In this document: positions 40,601 through 51,449 of the stretch, piece by piece
How positions within the stretch are numbered: the stretch's first letter is position 1
Layout: each line of letters opens with the position of its first letter
Assembly (NCBI GenBank): GCA_937625935.1
Contig: OW569383.1
Span: 186,001-250,000, forward strand
Source of the DNA: Tetramitus jugosus
Taxonomy: Eukaryota; Protista; Heterolobosea
Length of the DNA stretch: 64,000 bases
Direction of reading: 5' to 3'
Translations under genes and position numbers: made by a program
The notes under the pieces: model-generated
Told to the model about the DNA's origin: nothing
Databases searched by the model: none
What the model saw: the letters and a program-made list of their open reading frames with translations, nothing else

Positions 40601-40817
40601 CCGAACATTTACTAGGGTTTCACCTCCTCCACGCCCGGCTAATCCACCACCATCGCGATCCTTTGATACTCAACTCCACACTCAAGAAGCTTCTCAAAGA
40701 AAACGACCTCCTTCCAGTTCTCGTGATCTATCAGAAGGGTTTTTGTTTGATGATTTGGATGATTTGTTTGGTGAAGTACCCACACAAGATCGAAAGAGAC
40801 AGAAAACTTATCTGTAA
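37614..40817 (+). CDS. UvrD/PcrA/Srs2-type superfamily 1 helicase
   Basis: AGPGSGKT, TFHAF, VDEFQD, VGDDDQSIYGFRG, NYRS, TIHGAKGLEW, EEERRLFYVALSRAK. Confidence 0.95.
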   Translation: MRRNGNAPDHNNNKRSILTIRSPQNNNNTSNHSNSIVQHQCSTSNSPASAIVNATTTTATTTTNNPFVHQSLSTNNNNQHHRHSHSSSNRAPLTFTNNNINNRISSNSNSSISSNTHHNTNQQSNIRPFHHHQHTNSSVGGSSSSSNSSSNRSGSTSSSLSSSTTLLANSDKYDDSQLSAIESDIHTPLIISAGPGSGKTRTLCGRIVHLLHKGVKAHEILTLTFSRSAAQEMEHRIDDMSLDLPGYDTQSIKVSTFHAFCLSVLHGNLETLDPNMKNFSIATRSQQLSFLKESILKFNYKITKGKELEPDDPLNEELMKKEDANWLLNWIAKQKCRGVLHTELSNHKNGFFYEYYASQLVSNRLIDFMDMILMTIDLFESNADLAAKYSNRYKFILVDEFQDLNPSQFKILMFLLTRHRNITIVGDDDQSIYGFRGGTSKLFAHFRSSFPDHIEKQLQINYRSTMSIVKASQSLIQYNRNRTKKYISTFNEVGDKIRIKGVHSTEEEVDFISGCIKTLVSNGSSYRDIAILSRLHKNALSKYEDEMKKRGIPFVRVRKKGFSDREIIRIILGYMSLTVNEFDDESFRKVVNTPSRGIGEAAQLYLENFKRESKRKSLLQALRHAEKTAYPRTRSAHKVNKKVQGALTKFLNLIDEFSDSSQKLSIKGLISVVADGIGCESFAEKSKNKEQKAREVKKKVMVRRGQTQNDDDDAEMEDIEIEYNVEENLTHLVNSAVQYTNERYDDSAAELMTVSERVDLLKAFIDVTRAEEDERELLEKQGDPDAITITTIHGAKGLEWKHCFIVRSNQGMMPIMYRGENDTDQEYDNKEEHFEEERRLFYVALSRAKKTSCITYVLANEKDRPSMFIEQIGREYVVTDQTEAANKSNLPSSRMFNPRGNPNPVQPSSVHQQPTLANQTAVIPQQKKQFKPVPLPSKFEGFTSRSNNSNPSPNQTVPARSFKPIEIPKKNIPSSTNTSITTVHTLRTPKQENSTIRTFTRVSPPPRPANPPPSRSFDTQLHTQEASQRKRPPSSSRDLSEGFLFDDLDDLFGEVPTQDRKRQKTYL

Positions 40818-40832
40818 AAGACCTTTATGCTT

Positions 40833-43800
40833 CTAAATAGTTTCATAGCTGTTCTTGCTCTTACGAATCAGGAAGATGGTCAATGCAATGACTAGAGCTG
40901 CAATTAGAAGACCTTCACCACCGACCAAGAAGACGAAGAGACCAACTGGCATAGTAATGTGATGCTTAGGAGTTGAAGGTTGATTTGGCTCAATCTTAGC
41001 TTCCTTGAACTTGACATTGTCATGTTCTACTCCTTGTCCAGAGATCACCAAAGCATATTGTTGTGGTCCATTCGGAATATGGTGTCCTTTCACGGAAACA
41101 CGCAACTTTGTGTTAGCTTCAATAGATGGAATAACAACCTTCTCCACATTGTTGAGACGATCTGGTATCACACTTGTGGATTCATCCAAAGAGTTGCCCA
41201 ATAAAATTGAGTTACCAAAAGAAACCTCCAAATCCAAGTCATTGACCAAAGCAACAGAACTAGCAGGGGATGCTGGATAATCTGTCCAAACCAATGTGAC
41301 GGTCACATTTCCTTGTTGCTTAATTTCGAGATCATAGTAGTGAACATAGCCAGTGGAGATGGAAGCACGATCCTTCACAAACAACTTGTTTAACGTGGCA
41401 CCATTCAAAAACAATGTGTTTGCAAGATTCAACAGACCAAATCCTTCAAAGTAACGTCTTTGGTTTGGTTTCAAATCAGAGAATTGAATCAAGTGAATAG
41501 AGTTACCTTCGACTCTCCATCTTGCAATACCAGTCATAGGCTTAGCACAATCAATCATAACAGCCTTCACTAGAGCAGCAGATGGCTTTAATTTGTTCTT
41601 TTCCTCTTGCTCTCCAGTTGGGTAGAAACCACTCTCGAAGTAATCACGAACCAATGTAGCAGTCGATGCGGCGGTAGGTGTTGCCATGGAAGTACCAGCC
41701 ATTGGTTGAATCTGGAAAATAAGATTATCTTGATTACCAGCTGAACACTTCATTGATGGATCAGAGCCATGTGATTTGGCAGAAAGAACATAGAAACCAG
41801 GTGCCGTTACATCTGGTTTAATTCTTCCGTCCATAGCTGGACCCAAAGAAGAGAAGGAAGCCAAATTATTCACCTGATAAAACTTTGCAGTTCCCTTCTT
41901 TTCAAGATTGTCGAGAGCACACTTCTTGCAGCACATGTTGTTGACACTTGCGAGTGGGTTGGTACTCTCTTCAGGCATAGGAATAGCGCAATTATCTAGG
42001 TACTTGCAGCATCCCTCTTCAGTATCCAAATCTTTGATTGAATCACAAATATCCATCTTGCAAGTTGTGTTGCAATCACAGAAATTCTTTTGCCAGAGAG
42101 GTGCTCTGTATGCCTTGGCCTTATCATTGTAATCTCTGAAGTTGGCCATCACATCTTGCCATCCTTCGAATGCACTGGTTCCAGCTGCGACAATCAAAGC
42201 ATTCTTAGCTTGCTTCAGTGGACCAGTGAGAGTCATCAATCCATCGTTACGTCCACTGTTACCAGCACTCCATACAATCAAAAAGTCATCATGCTCGTGC
42301 ATAAAGGTATCAATTTCTCTTGATTCAATACCATATCCATCACCAATGACACCACCAATGGAGTTTGAATGGATTCTAGCACCTTGTTGATAAGAAAATG
42401 GGAAGTATCCCTCATTCAAATCTAATGGCATAAATAGTTCATCGCCTGATGGGCAAGTCTGATCCTTCATCAAATCGCAAGGACATCCTGCCAAGTGAGT
42501 ACATTGGCAACCTCCCTCCTTGGAACAACCAATATCCATGAAGGCAATCTTTGCATGATTAGCAATACCATTGTAAGCACCTGAAGGAGAATTAGGATTC
42601 AAGCTGGAACCAGCAAGTGTACCACCGACGTGAGTTCCATGACCATGGATATCATCCAATCCGTCCATATAAGCCAAATACCCAGCAATCTTTCTGTGGC
42701 CTGTTTGAACAAGTGGTACAGTAGCATTAGTGAATGGAACTGCATTCTTGTCATCATAGAAGAAACAATTGTAGACATCGAGTCCAGAATCACCATATCC
42801 AATCACTTGATTCTTTCCAGTGATTCCCCTGTCGGTATAAGGAGATCGTGATACCATATTGGATTGAACTACCCATCTGTTTGTCTTGTTGTCCTTGAAT
42901 GACGCAAAATTCAACAAATCAATCCAATGAACTGCAGAGTGATGAGCAAGAATTTCAACAGCTTGAATGACACTCTTGAAAGGCAAAGAAGCGACAATCT
43001 TCTCAGAAGATGCCTTCATAATGACATGAACATCAATACCCTGCTTCATCAATGCGTTCTTCATCTCTTGCAACACGAGATCAGCATTGGAAGATTTGAA
43101 AATATGAACAGCCAATGGTACTCTTTGCTTTTCTCGTTCCAATTCTTGCAATCGCTTCTTGTGGAGTTGCTCTGCAGTCAAATTTGAGCTCTCTTGACTT
43201 GTGTGAGCCTTATCCAACTGAGTGGTCAGTCTTTCCTGCTCTTGAGCCTTTCTTGAAGTGATACGATGGGACAAGGCAAATTCTAGAGCTTCCTCAGAGC
43301 TTAAATCATGGGCCGTCTTGAGTTCAGGATGATAATCAATCATGAAACGCACTTGATTTTGACTAGAATCAGTTACTATTCTATCAGCTTGTTGCAGAGT
43401 GGCTTGCACTAGGAATGAAAAATGAGGAATATAGTAATCCAGATTCACACCATAGCTTTGATGAAATTGTGATTTGAATTCATCAGTCAATTGAGTCGTT
43501 TCTGGATTGAATTTGATCAAAAATGAATGCTTTTCAGCTGAATCGTTACTTTGTCCTTGGCGATCATTTTGACCAAAGAATTCTGCAAAATTGTAAAAAA
43601 CAGACGATTAGTGCCCAATTTCGCGCCAAATTTTTTTCCGAAAAAACTTCAATCAAAAAAGCAGGAAAAGAAAATCAACATACTAGAGTGATGCAAGGAC
43701 CAAGTCTGGGAAGGAGAAGATAGCACCTTGTCTGTTATGTCCTTATCTTGAATGATGGATCTCCTTAATTGTATCGTGTCAAGGTTGGATGTGGTGGCAG

Positions 43801-43888
43801 TGTGCTTTTCATCATTGTGCAAGAAACACAATGAGAAAGAAAGCAAGAATAAGAGAGATAGTGTGAAAACAAGAATGTGCTTTCGCAT
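40833..43888 (-). CDS. Membrane-anchored S8 subtilase (KP-43/Tag-like); exons 43888-43684 and 43582-40833 (984 aa)
   Basis: Signal peptide in exon 1; GDSGLD, HGTHVGG, AGNSG, GTSMATP; TLVWTD..LVNDLDL C-terminal domain; TM helix and YETI tail; 101-nt intron GTATGT..GCAG. Confidence 0.93.
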
Positions 43889-44089
43889 GTTTGTTTGTTG
43901 TTTTTGCTCGCGTGTTTTTTGATGTGTTTCGCGCAAAAATACGTTTCATTGTTCAACTCCGTAGTCGAATTTCGGTTCACTTCTCCGTTTGTCCGGTCAT
44001 CTCATTTCACTCAGTCGGTTGAACTAAATTTCGGGATATCGAATTTATCCGATGACAAAAAACTTTCTGTTTTCGCCAAAACAAAAAGA

Positions 44090-45330
44090 ATGAGACGTCA
44101 AGCAATCAATTGTGCTGCTCGTGCCAGCCTGATCTCAAAGCAACAGAATCAACAAAAAGTTGCCTCCTTGCTCAAAGTTTCCAGAGCTGCTGCAACTTAC
44201 TCATCCTGCTCCCTCACTTCTCCAAAACTCGTTCCCAATCAAAAACAACAACAAGTAACAACAGCATCTCTTTTTTCAACACAACAGTACAAGTCATATC
44301 ACACTACGACTACTACTCCAAATTACAATAACAGTTCAGCAACATCAGAAGAGAACACATTGAAGGTAGAGCTATTGAAGAATGCATTGCAACAAGTGCA
44401 TACATATGGTTGGTCAATTGATGCGTTGAACTCTGCAGCCAAAGAGCTAAATTTATCAACAATGGCTGTGAGTCAATTGTTGCCTAATGCTGAGCTTGAG
44501 TTGATTGAATATTTCATTACAAAGTGCAATCAACACATGTCAAGAACGATTCAATTGATGGACACGAGCAGGTGTGTTTGCTCTTTATTTTTTGGCGCGC
44601 TTCATTTTTGTGTTTTTTGGCGCGCTTTACTAGCTTACAATTTTTGTTGTGTATCCGATTGCTAACACAAATCTTTGACAATGGTCGTAGCATGCATCCA
44701 AAGGATATTATAAAGCTGGCTATTCGTACAAGACTAGAAATGGTTGCACCATATGTTCAGAGTGGCACTTGGCCTCAAGCAATGTCTTCCTTTATCTTTG
44801 GCAAGCATCCATTGAATTTTGTGAGTCAAGCTTTTTATCATTTGACTTCTTCTGCGAGCACTGGAGGATCCAGCTCAAACATGTCCAAGAATAGCATCAC
44901 TGGATTGAATGCCATGTATCATTTGGCTATTTTGGCTGATGAAATTTGTTTCTTGACTGGTGTGAGAGACACTGATGTACGTATATCCTTGTCGATAACC
45001 CTTGTATTTCTTTTTTGTGTGTAACAACAATGATGTGTGTTTTGTGTGTGTTTGAGTGACTGATGCTTATTTTTTACTTTTGTTCAGATTGATTGGTATG
45101 CCAAGAGAGGAGCTGTTGCTACTGTTTATGCAAGCACAGAGTTTTACATGTTGACCGATAAATCTGAAGGTTTCAGTGAAACTTGGCGATTCTTGGAGAA
45201 TCGAATGGAAGAGGCAGCATCTGTCAAGAGTTTGACTGACAACCTATTCCAAGAGGTTCAATTCTGGGCTAAGGGCTTTGAGAGCATGTGGGGAATGAGT
45301 AAGGGACCAAATACACCACATAAGCTATAA
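44090..45330 (+). CDS. COQ9: Ubiquinone biosynthesis protein COQ9; exons 44090-44571, 44691-44976, 45088-45330 (336 aa)
   Basis: Mitochondrial presequence; VHTYGWS, IRTRLEM, LADEICFLTG..TD|IDWYAKRG..VYASTEFYMLTDKSEGFSETWRFLENR. Confidence 0.92.
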
Positions 45331-45446
45331 ACTATTTTCTTTTTTGACAATTCACCATAGCTCGAATGTTGTATTGCTTGCTGCTTTGGCGCCTCTTCAG
45401 TGCGAGTTTCTCCGAGTGAACTACAAACTAGCCGCAGAAGAAAGAG

Positions 45447-46790
45447 ATGCGAAACAAGTACTTTCTAACACTGGTATTGATTGTTTGTGTTTGTAGCTTG
45501 GTGAACGAAGTGAATGCCAACTACTTTATGACTAGACTCAAGAGACGGTGGTTCATTGCTGGTGAATTCTCTCGTGTGGCTCAGAGCGATGGAAGTATTT
45601 TGGATGTGAACAATTTTGCAGCGTGGGATGGAAAGAAATGGAGAGACTATGGTGAAGGAACGAATGGACCTGTTACAGCTCTGTTTGTTGACTCATGCTT
45701 CAATATTTACCTCGCAGGTAGCTTTACAGAAGTAAATGGAACAAAAACGGGACCAATCGCTGTTTGGCACGTCTGGAATAACAAGTGGGAGAGTCTCGGT
45801 CACTTGAGAAACCAAACTTTGAATAGTGTCGTGAACTCAATATCAGTCAATTGCTATGATACGCCAACAGATAACTCGAGGTGTGCTTGTGATGTGTATA
45901 TTGGTGGTGAGTTCGAATATGCATTGAACAATGACACGAGCCAGATTGCAAACAATGTGGCCATGTACAATACTCGCAGAAAACGGTGGAACAACTTGGG
46001 AGGAATTCACGTTCATGGAATTAATTCCATGGTCAGAAGTGTAGATTTTAGGAATTTTGGGTTGACAGTTGTATCGAGGTTTGGTTGGTTCGGAGGTGAT
46101 GGGTTCTTGAAACGATACATGTATGATTATGGACAACACACATGGAAGACTATTCAATCGATTGAATCGAGCGATTTTATCTCTAGTGTGTATTATGATC
46201 CAAATTACTTTGAACCAATAGATGTGCTCGTATCTGGTATGTTTGCTGTTAATACAACAGACGGAGAGTGCAGAAATCTATGCATCTATGATCCGATGAA
46301 GGACAGATGGACATCGGTAGCACCTGAACTCAACACTGGTTATATTTCACGAAGTATTCAGTTGTTCGATTCCATATTCATCACGGGCGACATTAGGATA
46401 CAAGGGGAAAACGACACTGAGATATCGACATCCGTCGCCATCAATACAGGAGGTTCTTGGCAATCGTATGGAATGAACCCAAATAACTTTACTATACCCG
46501 ACAATGTGCTCTCATTCACTGCATGTTCTATTTATGATTTAGGTTGCAGTGAAAATTCGATGGCAATCGTTGCGGAAGGAATAGATTCCAATGATGGAAT
46601 CGTAAAGTTCTTTAATTATGAGAAGGGTGAGTGGATGGATTTTGGTCGAGGGCTGAACGGCAGTGGCACAGCAACTCTAATAACATCTATTAACTATGCA
46701 GATAATGCAGGAACTGTTCTATTCAACTTTGGCACATTACTGAGAACTCTCATATGTGCTTTATCAGTACTCTTCTTTACCGTACAATAA
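45447..46790 (+). CDS. Secreted/surface beta-propeller protein (Rax2-like repeats) with hydrophobic C-terminus
   Basis: Signal peptide; repeats of (IY)xGGxF...NNxAxWD..W..LG..NG.V.AL. Confidence 0.7.
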   Translation: MRNKYFLTLVLIVCVCSLVNEVNANYFMTRLKRRWFIAGEFSRVAQSDGSILDVNNFAAWDGKKWRDYGEGTNGPVTALFVDSCFNIYLAGSFTEVNGTKTGPIAVWHVWNNKWESLGHLRNQTLNSVVNSISVNCYDTPTDNSRCACDVYIGGEFEYALNNDTSQIANNVAMYNTRRKRWNNLGGIHVHGINSMVRSVDFRNFGLTVVSRFGWFGGDGFLKRYMYDYGQHTWKTIQSIESSDFISSVYYDPNYFEPIDVLVSGMFAVNTTDGECRNLCIYDPMKDRWTSVAPELNTGYISRSIQLFDSIFITGDIRIQGENDTEISTSVAINTGGSWQSYGMNPNNFTIPDNVLSFTACSIYDLGCSENSMAIVAEGIDSNDGIVKFFNYEKGEWMDFGRGLNGSGTATLITSINYADNAGTVLFNFGTLLRTLICALSVLFFTVQ

Positions 46791-46826
46791 AAGATTACAA
46801 AATTGCATTAAACATCAAGTTTCTGC

Positions 46827-48365
46827 TTATTTTTCCATGTTGTTCAAAACGCTGCTCAGTTCTTCCGTTATTCGGTCAAAAGAGCACTCAACTTTGACAT
46901 CACGATTCGTCAATCCCTTAATTGTGCACACTCTGTTCTCTACTTCTCTACTTCCAAGTAATATGGCCAACGAACATCCCTCTCGCTCAGCACGCTGCAA
47001 TCCATTTAACAATTTCGATCCATAGATGGGTCCAACCACAGAAAAGTCCACATTCATCTCATTGCTCTCACGAATTCTCTGTGCCAATCGCATGCACTCT
47101 CTCTCAATCTCTCTATCGGCACTACTTCCCGTCAAACCAATGACACAAATCGAAACTGGCTTCTTAACTGCAAGCTCCGAATCTGACACTTGATCCAACA
47201 AGAGAGACAATCGCTCCACTCCAGCAGCCCAACCAATCGCTTCCACTTCGTTCTTTGACCCCAACATTGGAAACAATCCGTCATATCTTCCACCTGCCAA
47301 CACTGCCACATTTCTCGTGGGCTCGTTCATTGTCATAGTCGTTGCAGTCGTATTATTCGATGGAATATTAGACACAAACTCAAATGTCGTATGACTGTAA
47401 TAGTCCAAACCACGCACCAAATACGGATTCACCACATACTCAATCCCCAAATCACTCAACACATCCTTCAAACTCTCAAATCTCTCTCGTGTCTCATCAG
47501 AGTAATACTCGGAAAGCATGGGCGCACCATGATTCACCAACAGTCTCTGATCACTCTCCGATTTGGAGTCCAAAATGCGCCAAACTTGTTGCATTTCAGA
47601 GAATCGCAACGCACGGTGCAATCGATACCTCGATTCCTCACATAACTCACTTGTCATAGGTTCCAAAAACTGTACCAGATCTCGACAATACTCGAACCGT
47701 TCCCTGGAATTACCCAACGAGTTCAACTCCAATTGGACTCTTCCATTTTCTAATACTCCGATCGATTTCAAAAAAGAATGTGCCATTTGAAGCACTTCGA
47801 CATCTTGATGCAAACTTTGCTTATTTTTTGATGATATCGATGATTTGTTATTGTTATTGTTATTGTTATTGTTTTCTCCAATTTTTTCCACTCCAAATTG
47901 AGTAAATTGTCGAAGTCTACCCTTTTGTGGTCTCTCATAGCGATACATGCTGCCCAAATAGAACAAGTTTCGATGAAACAAGTTGTGTTGAATGACTGAA
48001 CGTACGATACCTGCTGTGCCCTCTGGTCTCAAACACATACTACTTTCACTATTACTTTCTATAGTACTATTTTTACTACTATTATTATTCTTGTTTAAAT
48101 TACTATCACTAGTATGAGTAGTATTAGTAGTATGAGTGTTGTTGGATTGAAGCATAAACATTTCTTTTTTGATGACGTCACTTGTGGCTCCTAGTGTGCG
48201 TTCAAATAGACCAGAGAACTCTACGTGTGGTGTCTGAATGGGTTGATAGTGGTAGCGTTGAGTCATTTCGAGTGCTTTTTGAGTGATGAATTGATATTGG
48301 AGGAGGGAACGGGAGTTGGGTAGGAGATCGTGCATGCCACGAACTGATTTGTAAATTTGACTCAT
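46827..48365 (-). CDS. hisS: Bacterial-type (probably mitochondrial) histidyl-tRNA synthetase with Asn-rich inserts
   Basis: VRGMHD, LRPEGTAG, RYERPQKGRLRQFTQ, LVRGLDYYSHTTFE, GGRYDGL, GWAAGVER. Confidence 0.93.
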   Translation of the reverse strand: MSQIYKSVRGMHDLLPNSRSLLQYQFITQKALEMTQRYHYQPIQTPHVEFSGLFERTLGATSDVIKKEMFMLQSNNTHTTNTTHTSDSNLNKNNNSSKNSTIESNSESSMCLRPEGTAGIVRSVIQHNLFHRNLFYLGSMYRYERPQKGRLRQFTQFGVEKIGENNNNNNNNNKSSISSKNKQSLHQDVEVLQMAHSFLKSIGVLENGRVQLELNSLGNSRERFEYCRDLVQFLEPMTSELCEESRYRLHRALRFSEMQQVWRILDSKSESDQRLLVNHGAPMLSEYYSDETRERFESLKDVLSDLGIEYVVNPYLVRGLDYYSHTTFEFVSNIPSNNTTATTMTMNEPTRNVAVLAGGRYDGLFPMLGSKNEVEAIGWAAGVERLSLLLDQVSDSELAVKKPVSICVIGLTGSSADREIERECMRLAQRIRESNEMNVDFSVVGPIYGSKLLNGLQRAEREGCSLAILLGSREVENRVCTIKGLTNRDVKVECSFDRITEELSSVLNNMEK

Positions 48366-48506
48366 TTTTTTTTTTATTGTTGTTTTTTTGGTGTTGTTGG
48401 TGTGAAAATGATTTTTTTGTTTATGGATTTTTTTGCATGATTGTCGGCAAAACTGAATCTCCGAGCGTTGTTGTATCATGCCATTTTGGTTGGGTATTAA
48501 CACCCA

Positions 48507-51449
48507 TTAAGCATTGTTTTGTTTGTAGGAGATGAGCACTCGAGTGCACAGGGATTCAAGTGTTGGGAAATCAATGTGTCTGTAACGGCCCCAGAATCCA
48601 CCTTGTACCCATTGTCCAGCTCCAAAGCATGGTGAGCTGAGACCATGAAGGATTCGAGCAATAATCTTGCCATTGGAGAGCATTTTGATGTCATGCTTGG
48701 ACAAGAGTGTGGCAGCATCGCGCATAACTATTGACTGGGAGTTGTCATTCAGAGTCTCAATTGTTTTCACCAAATCGAGCGCAATCAGTGGACTTTGAAT
48801 GTTGTCAGACAGTTCAGCTGACGAGGTAAAATACAGTTCAATCTGATCCTGGATAGACTTTTGTTTCTTGTCTGTTGGCAGCTCAACGTCCCGTTTTTGA
48901 AATTCTGACAAGGATGAAAAGGCAGATCGGTATGCCAGCTTGTACATTTCATCAAGCTTCCACAATGTATTCTGTTCGAGGTATCGCATTTTAGACAGTA
49001 GAATCTTGGCAAGTGAGGCAATCTCTTCTGAGTTTGGAACTCGGATCACTTCAACACAAAATGCTTCTTCGGTAGTCGTATATTTAATCTCTCCACAGTC
49101 TTGTAGAGCATCCAGTTCTTTTTCAACCTCGGATGATGTCTTGCCAGTTTCTTTGCATATGGAGGCAATGTCGAAAATGTGCTGTCCATTTTTCACAGAC
49201 TTGTGTTTCACTTTGAGTATGGAATTCACGAGCTTGTTGGTTTGGGCGAGCTGTGTGGGATGTGTCGCATGGAAAAATACAGTGTAACGATTCTTACAGT
49301 TCGCATTCACATGTATCATTGGAGATTCAGTGTCCAACAGCTCAATGTGCGTGAGCAGTGTCTTAATTACTGTGGATGACATGTCTAATTCTTGTTCGAG
49401 CTCTGGAATGCCTGAAAGGAATTCTCCAGCATCATTGGCAAACAAGCATCGAAGAAATCGTTTCATATCAATCTCCGAAGCTCTCTCACCAAACACCAAG
49501 CTTCGCAAACGTACAGCATCTTCGTCACACAATAGCAAATGACATGGTGAAGCGATGCCGTCTCTGCCAGCACGACCTACTTCTTGTACATAATTTTCAA
49601 TACTTCTCGGCAAAGAGAAATGAATAACACTTCTCACATCCTTCTTATTAATACCCATTCCAAAAGCAACTGTGGCAACGATGATTCGTACTTCGTTAGA
49701 TATAAACTGTTTTTGGATGGAATTTCTGGTTGAAGCTTGCATGCCGGCATGGTATGACTTTACAGCACCCGGGACATCTTTCATGTGTATTTGCAAGTGT
49801 TGGCATAATAAATCAGCTTCGTTCTTCGTCGTGGTATAAATAATAATCGATTCACTATCACTGAAAGGTTTGCTTCTCAAAAGTTTTGTAACTTCGGCGA
49901 ACCGTTCATCACTTGATCTGACTATCGAGCTAGAAAGAATTAAGTTATCCCTGCATACAGTTCCTCGTATCACATGCTCTTCGTGACGGGTTTCAGCTTC
50001 AAAAAGTCTCTTGCAAATATCTTTCTCGGTTGCTTTCGTTGCGGTTGCTGTTAATGCCAATATTGTATCTACATTAAAGTTTCTCAGTGCTGAATGGATA
50101 TGTAAATAACTTGGTCTAAAGTTATGAGACCACTCAGAAACACAATGCGCTTCATCCACACATGCGAAAGCAATACGGCAATCGCTACCGACCAACAGCT
50201 GCAAAAAATTATCACTAGATAATCGCTCTGGAGAAATAAATAAGATCCGAACGTCCCCAGATGTGATCCTCTTCAGGACTGCATTTCTCTGACTCTTGGT
50301 TTGACTCGCAGTAAGAAAGTCTCCAGGTAAACAATCTGGCAATTGTCTCATCTGATCACTCATCAATGAGATAAGGGGTGATATCACGAGTACCAATCTA
50401 TTCTTGATCTCTGATTCTTCCTCCCCTTCGAACTTGAAATACTTGGATGTCATAATCAGTGCAGCAAGTTGATAACAGAATGACTTTCCAGTACCCGTTG
50501 GCAAAATAGTCAAGGTTGATTTAAACCTTAAAATTCGCTTTGTTGTTTCCAATTGTCCCTGCCTCAATCCATCATAACCAAAATATTCTTTGGCAATACG
50601 GTTCAACTCTGACTCACATGTTTCACTATCGAATATGCGTTCAATACAAGCCGATGATAAGTGCACTTGATCATCACTGTTGTCGTTTCTTGTGCTCTTC
50701 TTTGTTCGACTTGTTTTTGTAGTCTCTACACCTTCTGTTCCTTCTTCACCTGAACTCACACCACTCTCATCATCATCACTTCTCTTTCGCTTCTCTGTTG
50801 ATGTCAACAACTCGTCATCCATAGAACTCCGTGTATCATGATTCTTTCTTCTCGGTACACGCCTCGTAAACCGTTTTGTTTTTCTCTTCAAATTCGTTTT
50901 GACAAAATTGTTACTAATGATTCCTCCCTTTAATCGTGACTTACCCGCTCCTACCAAGCTCGAACCTTCCTTTTCTTTCTTCATGTGTACTCTGTCGTAC
51001 GCTTCTTGATCTTGCAACTTCTTTTTTCTCTGTTGGTCATGTTCTTCATCGGCCACCGCGATTTGTTCCATGTGTCGGTTTGCTCTCTCAAAAATATCGT
51101 TTCTGCGAGTCTTCTTCTCATCATCTTGGTCACTACCACCACCACCACCACCACCACAGTGATCATCCTTGTTCATGAATCGCTGTTGTTGTGTTATGGT
51201 GCTAGTCAACCGAGGTTTCTTACGTTTCGGTTGAATGAGAGCTGTTGGTAAAACGACAAATGTCGCCTCTTCATTTTCCTTGTTCATTAATGAACTGTTA
51301 CTATTCTTGTCATCACCACTGTTTGTTGTTTCTTGTTGTGTGAACAAGTGACTCATTCCGGATATTTTAATGTTGCTCATGGAGAAGATGTTGTTGCTTC
51401 TCTGGGCTGATGCTGCAGAAGGCTTGCCCTTTCGTGTGGAAGCGGACAT
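48507..51449 (-). CDS. RECQL4: RECQL4-like RecQ helicase
   Basis: LPTGTGKSFCYQL, VDEAHCVSEWSHNFRPSY, ATVAFGMG, YVQEVGRAGRDG; NNFVKTNLK and IARILHGLSSP..W...FWG are RecQ4-type. Confidence 0.88.
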   Translation of the reverse strand: MSASTRKGKPSAASAQRSNNIFSMSNIKISGMSHLFTQQETTNSGDDKNSNSSLMNKENEEATFVVLPTALIQPKRKKPRLTSTITQQQRFMNKDDHCGGGGGGGSDQDDEKKTRRNDIFERANRHMEQIAVADEEHDQQRKKKLQDQEAYDRVHMKKEKEGSSLVGAGKSRLKGGIISNNFVKTNLKRKTKRFTRRVPRRKNHDTRSSMDDELLTSTEKRKRSDDDESGVSSGEEGTEGVETTKTSRTKKSTRNDNSDDQVHLSSACIERIFDSETCESELNRIAKEYFGYDGLRQGQLETTKRILRFKSTLTILPTGTGKSFCYQLAALIMTSKYFKFEGEEESEIKNRLVLVISPLISLMSDQMRQLPDCLPGDFLTASQTKSQRNAVLKRITSGDVRILFISPERLSSDNFLQLLVGSDCRIAFACVDEAHCVSEWSHNFRPSYLHIHSALRNFNVDTILALTATATKATEKDICKRLFEAETRHEEHVIRGTVCRDNLILSSSIVRSSDERFAEVTKLLRSKPFSDSESIIIYTTTKNEADLLCQHLQIHMKDVPGAVKSYHAGMQASTRNSIQKQFISNEVRIIVATVAFGMGINKKDVRSVIHFSLPRSIENYVQEVGRAGRDGIASPCHLLLCDEDAVRLRSLVFGERASEIDMKRFLRCLFANDAGEFLSGIPELEQELDMSSTVIKTLLTHIELLDTESPMIHVNANCKNRYTVFFHATHPTQLAQTNKLVNSILKVKHKSVKNGQHIFDIASICKETGKTSSEVEKELDALQDCGEIKYTTTEEAFCVEVIRVPNSEEIASLAKILLSKMRYLEQNTLWKLDEMYKLAYRSAFSSLSEFQKRDVELPTDKKQKSIQDQIELYFTSSAELSDNIQSPLIALDLVKTIETLNDNSQSIVMRDAATLLSKHDIKMLSNGKIIARILHGLSSPCFGAGQWVQGGFWGRYRHIDFPTLESLCTRVLISYKQNNA

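Noticed and set aside
43877-44089. N-terminal extension of the COQ9 ORF
   Set aside because: Non-ATG start overlapping the subtilase start; ATG 44090 gives a typical presequence
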